Assembly (NCBI GenBank): GCA_963702475.1
Contig: CAVPCT010000003.1
Coordinates: 256,001-320,000, forward strand
Length of the DNA stretch: 64,000 nt
Direction: 5' to 3'
From: an uncultured Thermoleophilia bacterium
GTDB taxonomy: Bacteria > Actinomycetota > Thermoleophilia > UBA2241
Position numbers and translations under genes: made by a program
Notes under the pieces: generated by a model
What the model saw: only the letters and a program-made list of their open reading frames with translations
What the model was told of the DNA's origin: nothing
Databases searched by the model: none
Shown here: positions 56,746 to 64,000 of the stretch, piece by piece
How the letters are laid out: each line of letters begins with the position of its first letter
How positions within the stretch are numbered: the first letter of the stretch is position 1

Positions 56746-58743
56746 GTGACCACTACGGACGGGACAGACGCGTCGTCGGAGCCTCTCTCGGACCTTCTCG
56801 AGTTCGAGAAGCTCTTCTGCGACGTCTCCACGCAGTTCATCAACCTCGCACCCGGCGAGCTCGACCGTGAGATCGAGGACGTTCAGCGCCGGATCTGCGA
56901 GATCCTCGGCCTCGACGTCTCGGTCCTGTGGGAGTCGGTTGCCGACGACGACTCCGACCTCACGCTGACCCACGTCTACAGCGCCGAACAAGGTCAGGCG
57001 CGACTCATGCTGGGCACGAGAGCGACGGAGTACTACCCCTGGTTCCATGAGCAGATGATGGCCGGCCGCACCGTGGTCGTCTCCACGCTCGACGACCTGC
57101 CCGAGGAGGCCAGCGTCGACCGCCTGAACGGGAGCCTTCTCGGTCTGCGCTCGAACCTGACCGTGCCGCTCGCCGTGGGCGGTCAGCCGCCTATCGGAGC
57201 GCTCGCCTTCAACACCACCAAGGCCGAGCGCGTCTGGCCCCGCGCCCTGGTCACGCGACTCGAGCTGATCGGTCAGGTCTTCGCCGGCGCGCTCGCGCGA
57301 CGGCGCGCCGACGAGGCGTTGCGTGAGAGTCAGGACCGCCTGGCCGTGGCGCTCGACTCGGCCGAGGCGGGGCCGTGGAGCCTGGACTACGGGACGCGGA
57401 TCTTCTGGCTCTCCTCGCAGGCCCGTACGATCTTCGGCTTTGCTGCCGACGAGGTCGTCTCTCTGGACAGGTTGCGCGAGCGGGTGCACGCGGACGATTG
57501 GCGTCTCATCGAGGAGGCGATAGGCGACGCTGCGAGGAGCGGCGAGCTGACCACCGTGGAGTACCGCATCGTCACGCCCGACGGTGGAGTGCGGCACATC
57601 TCGACCCGCGGGAGATTCCACTTCTCCGCGTCGGGAGAGCCGGAGCGCCTCATGGGTGTCACGATCGACGCCACCGAGCGCAGAAATGCGCAGGAGGCCC
57701 TGCTTGCCAGCGAAACGCGTCTGGAGGCAGCGGTCGAACTCGCCGGACTCGCGTTCTACGAGGTGCGTTTTGACGAGGGCACAACATATGTGGACGACCG
57801 CTTCAGGGAGCTCACCGGCCTGCCGCCCGAGCGCGAGCAGGGTCTCGGCGCGCTGGAGTACTGGATCGAGCAGCTCCACCCGGAGGACCGCGAGAGAGTG
57901 CTGGATCAGCGCAGGCTGCTGCACGACGGGAATCTGGAGACGCTGTTCGTCGAGTACCGCTTCCTCGACCCCGTCCGCGGCGAACGATGGTTCCAGCACA
58001 TCGGGCGGATCGCGAGGCGCGATGCGGCCGGCTACGCTGTGCGAGCGTACGGCGTCCTGCGTGACGTCACGGCGCGGCTGCGCGCCGAGAGCGAGATGCA
58101 GGAGCTCAGCCGGCGCCTGCTCACGGCGCAGGAGCAGGAGCGGGCGGTGCTCGCCCGCGAGCTGCACGACGACGTGAGCCAGCGGCTCGCGGTGCTGGCA
58201 ATCGACGTCGGCCGCGCGGAACTCGACGCCTCGGAGGGGCCGCAGGCCGAGGCCATGCAGGGCGTGCGCGAGGGCCTGATGCGCCTGAGCGAGGACGTGC
58301 ACACCATGGCGTACCAGTTGCACCCCTCGATCCTCGAGGAGCTCGGCCTGGCCGAGGCGCTGCGCGCCGAGTGCGAGCGCCGGCACCGCCGGGGCGACCT
58401 GGACGTGGCGGTCGACGTGAAGGCGTTGCCGCCCGGCATACCCGACCACGCGGCGCTCTGCCTGTTCCGCGTCGCCCAGGAGGCGCTCACGAACGTTGCG
58501 CATCACGCCGGCGCGACGGCGGCGAGTGTCTCCCTGCGGGAGGCGGACGGCGGTCTCCTGCTCGCCGTGTCAGATGACGGCCGCGGGTTCGAGGTCGGGG
58601 ACCCAGGCAAGAAGGGACGCCTCGGGCTGGCGAGCATGCGCGAGCGTGTCCTGCTCGTGAACGGCACCCTGGACATCGACAGCGGCCCCGGGCGCGGCAC
58701 GACTGTCTTGGCCTGGGTCCCGCTGGAGAGGGAGGACGCGTGA
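56746..58743 (+). CDS. GAF/PAS/PAS sensor histidine kinase, HisKA_3 type
   Basis: QEQERAVLARELHDDVSQ, QEALTNVAHHA, DDGRGF, GLASMRERV; PAS motifs VHADD, LHPEDR. Confidence 0.93.
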   Translation: MTTTDGTDASSEPLSDLLEFEKLFCDVSTQFINLAPGELDREIEDVQRRICEILGLDVSVLWESVADDDSDLTLTHVYSAEQGQARLMLGTRATEYYPWFHEQMMAGRTVVVSTLDDLPEEASVDRLNGSLLGLRSNLTVPLAVGGQPPIGALAFNTTKAERVWPRALVTRLELIGQVFAGALARRRADEALRESQDRLAVALDSAEAGPWSLDYGTRIFWLSSQARTIFGFAADEVVSLDRLRERVHADDWRLIEEAIGDAARSGELTTVEYRIVTPDGGVRHISTRGRFHFSASGEPERLMGVTIDATERRNAQEALLASETRLEAAVELAGLAFYEVRFDEGTTYVDDRFRELTGLPPEREQGLGALEYWIEQLHPEDRERVLDQRRLLHDGNLETLFVEYRFLDPVRGERWFQHIGRIARRDAAGYAVRAYGVLRDVTARLRAESEMQELSRRLLTAQEQERAVLARELHDDVSQRLAVLAIDVGRAELDASEGPQAEAMQGVREGLMRLSEDVHTMAYQLHPSILEELGLAEALRAECERRHRRGDLDVAVDVKALPPGIPDHAALCLFRVAQEALTNVAHHAGATAASVSLREADGGLLLAVSDDGRGFEVGDPGKKGRLGLASMRERVLLVNGTLDIDSGPGRGTTVLAWVPLEREDA

Positions 58744-59390
58744 ACCTGCCCCGACGCCCTCGCGTGCTGCTCGCCGACGATCACCTGCTGGTCGCAGAGG
58801 CGCTGAAGAGTCTGCTCAGCGAGGAGTTCGACCTCGTCGGGGTCGTGGAGGACGGCCGCCAGCTGCTCGAGGCGGCGGCCACGCTGCGACCCGACGTCAT
58901 CGTGGCCGACATCACCATGCCGCAGCTCAACGGCATCGACGCGCTGGTGCGGCTGCGGGAGCTGGGTGACCACGTCCCGATGGTGTTTCTCACCATGCAC
59001 CGGGACGTGACGTTCGCGCGGCGCGCGCTCGAAGCGGGCGCGTCGGGCTTCGTCCTCAAGCACTCGGCCTCGACGGAGCTGATCACCGCCATCCACGCCG
59101 CGCTGGACGGCAAGACCTACTTGACGCCGCAGCTCGCCGGTGAGGTCCTGGATGCCATGAGACAGGGGCCGGACCTGACCGCGGACCCGGTCGCGGCGCT
59201 GACGCCGCGCCAGCGGGAGGTGCTTCAGCTGCTCGCCGAGGGGCGCTCGGCCAAGGAGATCGCCACGGCGCTCGGCATCTCGGCGCGGACGGTGGAGTTC
59301 CACAAGTACCAGATGATGGAGACGCTGGACCTGCACACCAACGCCGATCTCGTCCACTTCGCCATCAAGAACGGGATCGTCGAGTTCTGA
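58740..59390 (+). CDS. NarL/LuxR family response regulator
   Basis: VLLADDH, DITMP, LTPRQREVLQLLAEG.SAKEIA..L.IS.RTVEFHK. Confidence 0.95.
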   Translation: MNLPRRPRVLLADDHLLVAEALKSLLSEEFDLVGVVEDGRQLLEAAATLRPDVIVADITMPQLNGIDALVRLRELGDHVPMVFLTMHRDVTFARRALEAGASGFVLKHSASTELITAIHAALDGKTYLTPQLAGEVLDAMRQGPDLTADPVAALTPRQREVLQLLAEGRSAKEIATALGISARTVEFHKYQMMETLDLHTNADLVHFAIKNGIVEF

Positions 59391-59426
59391 CGCGCCGGCC
59401 CGGTCCCCGGGCCGGCGCGTCAGAAC
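59384..59426. terminator. Perfect 20-bp hairpin between convergent genes
   Basis: GTTCTGACGCGCCGGCCCGG-TCC-CCGGGCCGGCGCGTCAGAAC. Confidence 0.8.
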
Positions 59427-59432
59427 GTCTGC

Positions 59433-62186
<2,754 letters not shown>

Positions 62187-62196
62187 CTCTCTCCTC

Positions 62197-63171
62197 TCAG
62201 GCCTTGGACTTCGCTTTGCGCTTGTGCTCCCTGCGCTCTTCCTCCTCGAAGGGATCGGCAGCGGCGCCCTCGGGGGCCTGCCGCTCGAGCTCGAGCTTCG
62301 TCTCCTCGAGCTCCTTGCGCACTTCGGGAGTCACGGTCGGGAACCGCGGATCGATCTTGATGAGCGTGTCGGCGATGACGGCCGCGGCGGCGAGGCGGGC
62401 GAACCACTTGTGGTCGGCGGGGATCACATACCACGGAGCCCAGTCGGTGCTGGTCGCGGTGAGCATGTCCGAGAAGGCCTTCTGGTAGTCGTCCCAGTAC
62501 GTGCGCTCGTGCGCGTCGGCGGCCGAGAACTTCCAGTTGTGATCGGGCATGTCGATGCGCCTGAGGAAGCGGCTGCGCTGCTCCTCTTTGGAGAGGTTCA
62601 GCAGCAGTTTGACGACCTTGATGCCGTTGTCGGTCAGGTAGCGCTCCCAGTCGTTGATGTCGCGGTAGCGCCGCTTCCACACGTCGCGGCCACGCGCCTC
62701 CTTGGGCAGCTTCTGGTGCTGCAGGATCTCCTTGTGCACGCGCACCACGAGGACTTCCTCGTAGTAGGAGCGGTTGAAGATGGCGATCTGGCCGCGCTCG
62801 GGCAGGTTCTTGGCGAAGCGCCAGAGGTAGTCGTGGTTGAGTTCCTCAGACGACGGCACCTTGAACGAGTGCACCGCCACACCCTGGGGGTTCACGCCGC
62901 TCATGACGTGACGGATCGTCCCGTCCTTGCCGGCGGCGTCCAGCGCCTGCAGGACCACGAGGACGCCGTACGTGTCCTGTGCCGCCAGCCGCGCCTGGTA
63001 CTCGGCGAGGAGCTCCACGCCGTGCTGGAGGAGCTCCACACTGTCCTTCTTCTTGACGAAGTCGGCTTTGTAGCCGGGATCGAAGTCCTTCTCCAGCTTG
63101 ACCTTCGATCCGGGCTTCACGCGCAGGGGCTCGATGGCCTCGGCAATGCGCTTGACTCTCACATCCGCCAT
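62197..63171 (-). CDS. ppk2: Polyphosphate kinase 2 family protein
   Basis: QALDAAGKDG, FKVPSSEE..HDYLWR, FNRSYYEEV, PWYVIPADHKW. Confidence 0.93.
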   Translation of the reverse strand: MADVRVKRIAEAIEPLRVKPGSKVKLEKDFDPGYKADFVKKKDSVELLQHGVELLAEYQARLAAQDTYGVLVVLQALDAAGKDGTIRHVMSGVNPQGVAVHSFKVPSSEELNHDYLWRFAKNLPERGQIAIFNRSYYEEVLVVRVHKEILQHQKLPKEARGRDVWKRRYRDINDWERYLTDNGIKVVKLLLNLSKEEQRSRFLRRIDMPDHNWKFSAADAHERTYWDDYQKAFSDMLTATSTDWAPWYVIPADHKWFARLAAAAVIADTLIKIDPRFPTVTPEVRKELEETKLELERQAPEGAAADPFEEEERREHKRKAKSKA

Positions 63172-63238
63172 GGTGGTCCTCCTTGTCCGGGGCAGTCCCC
63201 GACGCGTCGCGCCACGCGTGGGAGCGTGTTTCCGAACC

Positions 63239-63337
63239 AGCCTAGGAGCCCCATCGGCGGAAATGAACTGGGGATACTACGAGGCCCCTCGCCCCGTACT
63301 ATCCCGAGTTCCCCGCCTCGCGCCCGTGGCCTAGGCT
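63239..63337. promoter_or_regulatory. Divergent promoters, each a 17-bp box 23 nt upstream of TAGGCT
   Basis: Minus: CCTCGTAGTATCCCCAG (63284-63268) to TAGGCT (63244-63239). Plus: CCCCGTACTATCCCGAG (63292-63308) to TAGGCT (63332-63337). Confidence 0.7.
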
Positions 63338-63407
63338 CTCCTCGGGCGGATCGATGGTCGGAGTCCGTCCCGCCCGCTCACCTCCGGCCGTTCTGTGGGA
63401 GGCATCA

Positions 63408-63593
63408 ATGAGTCTTTGGTACTGGATGATGTGGATGTTCTGGGTCTTTCTCGCCATCGTGTGCGCCATGTGGTGCGGCGCGATCGCGGACTCCAAGGGC
63501 TACAGCCGCATCCTGTTCACGATCCTCGGCTTCTTCTTCATCATCTTCACGCTCATCGTGGTCTTCATCCTGCCGACCAGACGGACGGCCTGA
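63408..63593 (+). CDS. Small membrane protein
   Basis: RBS GGAGG; two hydrophobic helices around IADSKG. Confidence 0.7.
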   Translation: MSLWYWMMWMFWVFLAIVCAMWCGAIADSKGYSRILFTILGFFFIIFTLIVVFILPTRRTA

Positions 63594-63672
63594 CGGCCTG
63601 ACCACGACAGGTGCCGGATGCGGCCGGGCGGAACCCAGGTGAGGTCCCGCCCGGCCGATCCCGTTCGTGGGC

Positions 63673-63740
63673 CTCGTAGTTTCCCCGGCCGCGGCCCCGT
63701 ACTATCCCGAGTTCCCGCGCCCTCCGGCCGCGCCTAGGCT
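63673..63740 (+). promoter_or_regulatory. Same 17-bp box plus -10, second box upstream
   Basis: CTCGTAGTTTCCCC (63673-63686), CCCCGTACTATCCCGAG (63695-63711), 23 nt, TAGGCT (63735-63740). Confidence 0.7.
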
Positions 63741-63855
63741 TACCTTGAGGCGCCGGTCCCGAGGGCAAGCGGGCCGTCTAGACGCGCCTCGAGGCGTCCA
63801 GCGACGTGCTCGCCCTCCGCTGGAGCAGTGACAACGGACGATACGGAGGTACGGC

Positions 63856-64000
63856 ATGCGTGTCCTCTTGGCAGCGCTGTTCATCGTTGGAGGGATCCTG
63901 CTCGCGCTCCTGATCGTGGGCGTGGTGTTCTCGAACCTCAGGTTCTTCCTCTGGCTCGCGATCATCGGGCTGGTGGTCTGGGGGATCTACATGCTCATCA
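63856..64000 (+). CDS. Membrane protein, 3'-partial
   Basis: RBS GGAGG; MRVLLAALFIVGGILLALLIVGVVF... open to the window end. Confidence 0.65.
   Translation, partial: MRVLLAALFIVGGILLALLIVGVVFSNLRFFLWLAIIGLVVWGIYMLI

Overview
GC-rich bacterial chromosome segment. The gene content (TAGnnT -10 boxes, TetR_C regulators, DUF2252, SHOCT/DUF6325) looks actinobacterial, possibly a deep-branching anaerobic lineage; this is inference. Bases 1-10.2 kb are a metal/metalloid island ending at the 3' end of tRNA-Glu. It carries an HMA chaperone, a P1B ATPase with a CSC motif, two ArsR regulators, arsM, a ferredoxin/radical SAM-SPASM/J-domain operon, the mercury-methylation genes hgcAB and arsC. Many of these genes are frameshifted, probably by read or consensus errors. 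Next is the best candidate for an undescribed system (10.4-14.0 kb): a Tat-signal PqqD/RRE protein, a radical SAM-SPASM enzyme, a 168-aa precursor-like protein with a YxxPxV leader motif and six C-x-C repeats, and a membrane-anchored TPR protein. Further along are a pyrrolysine-type mttB (in-frame TAG at the Pyl position) plus a Pyl-free homologue, a hicA toxin with an in-frame TAG, toxin-antitoxin modules beside tRNA-Lys, a structured 6S-like ncRNA candidate, purine genes, and a ferric-reductase/multiheme cytochrome pair. The right end holds a NarL-type two-component system with a conserved 17-bp box 23 nt upstream of four -10 elements. All calls are from motif recognition by eye; no searches were run.
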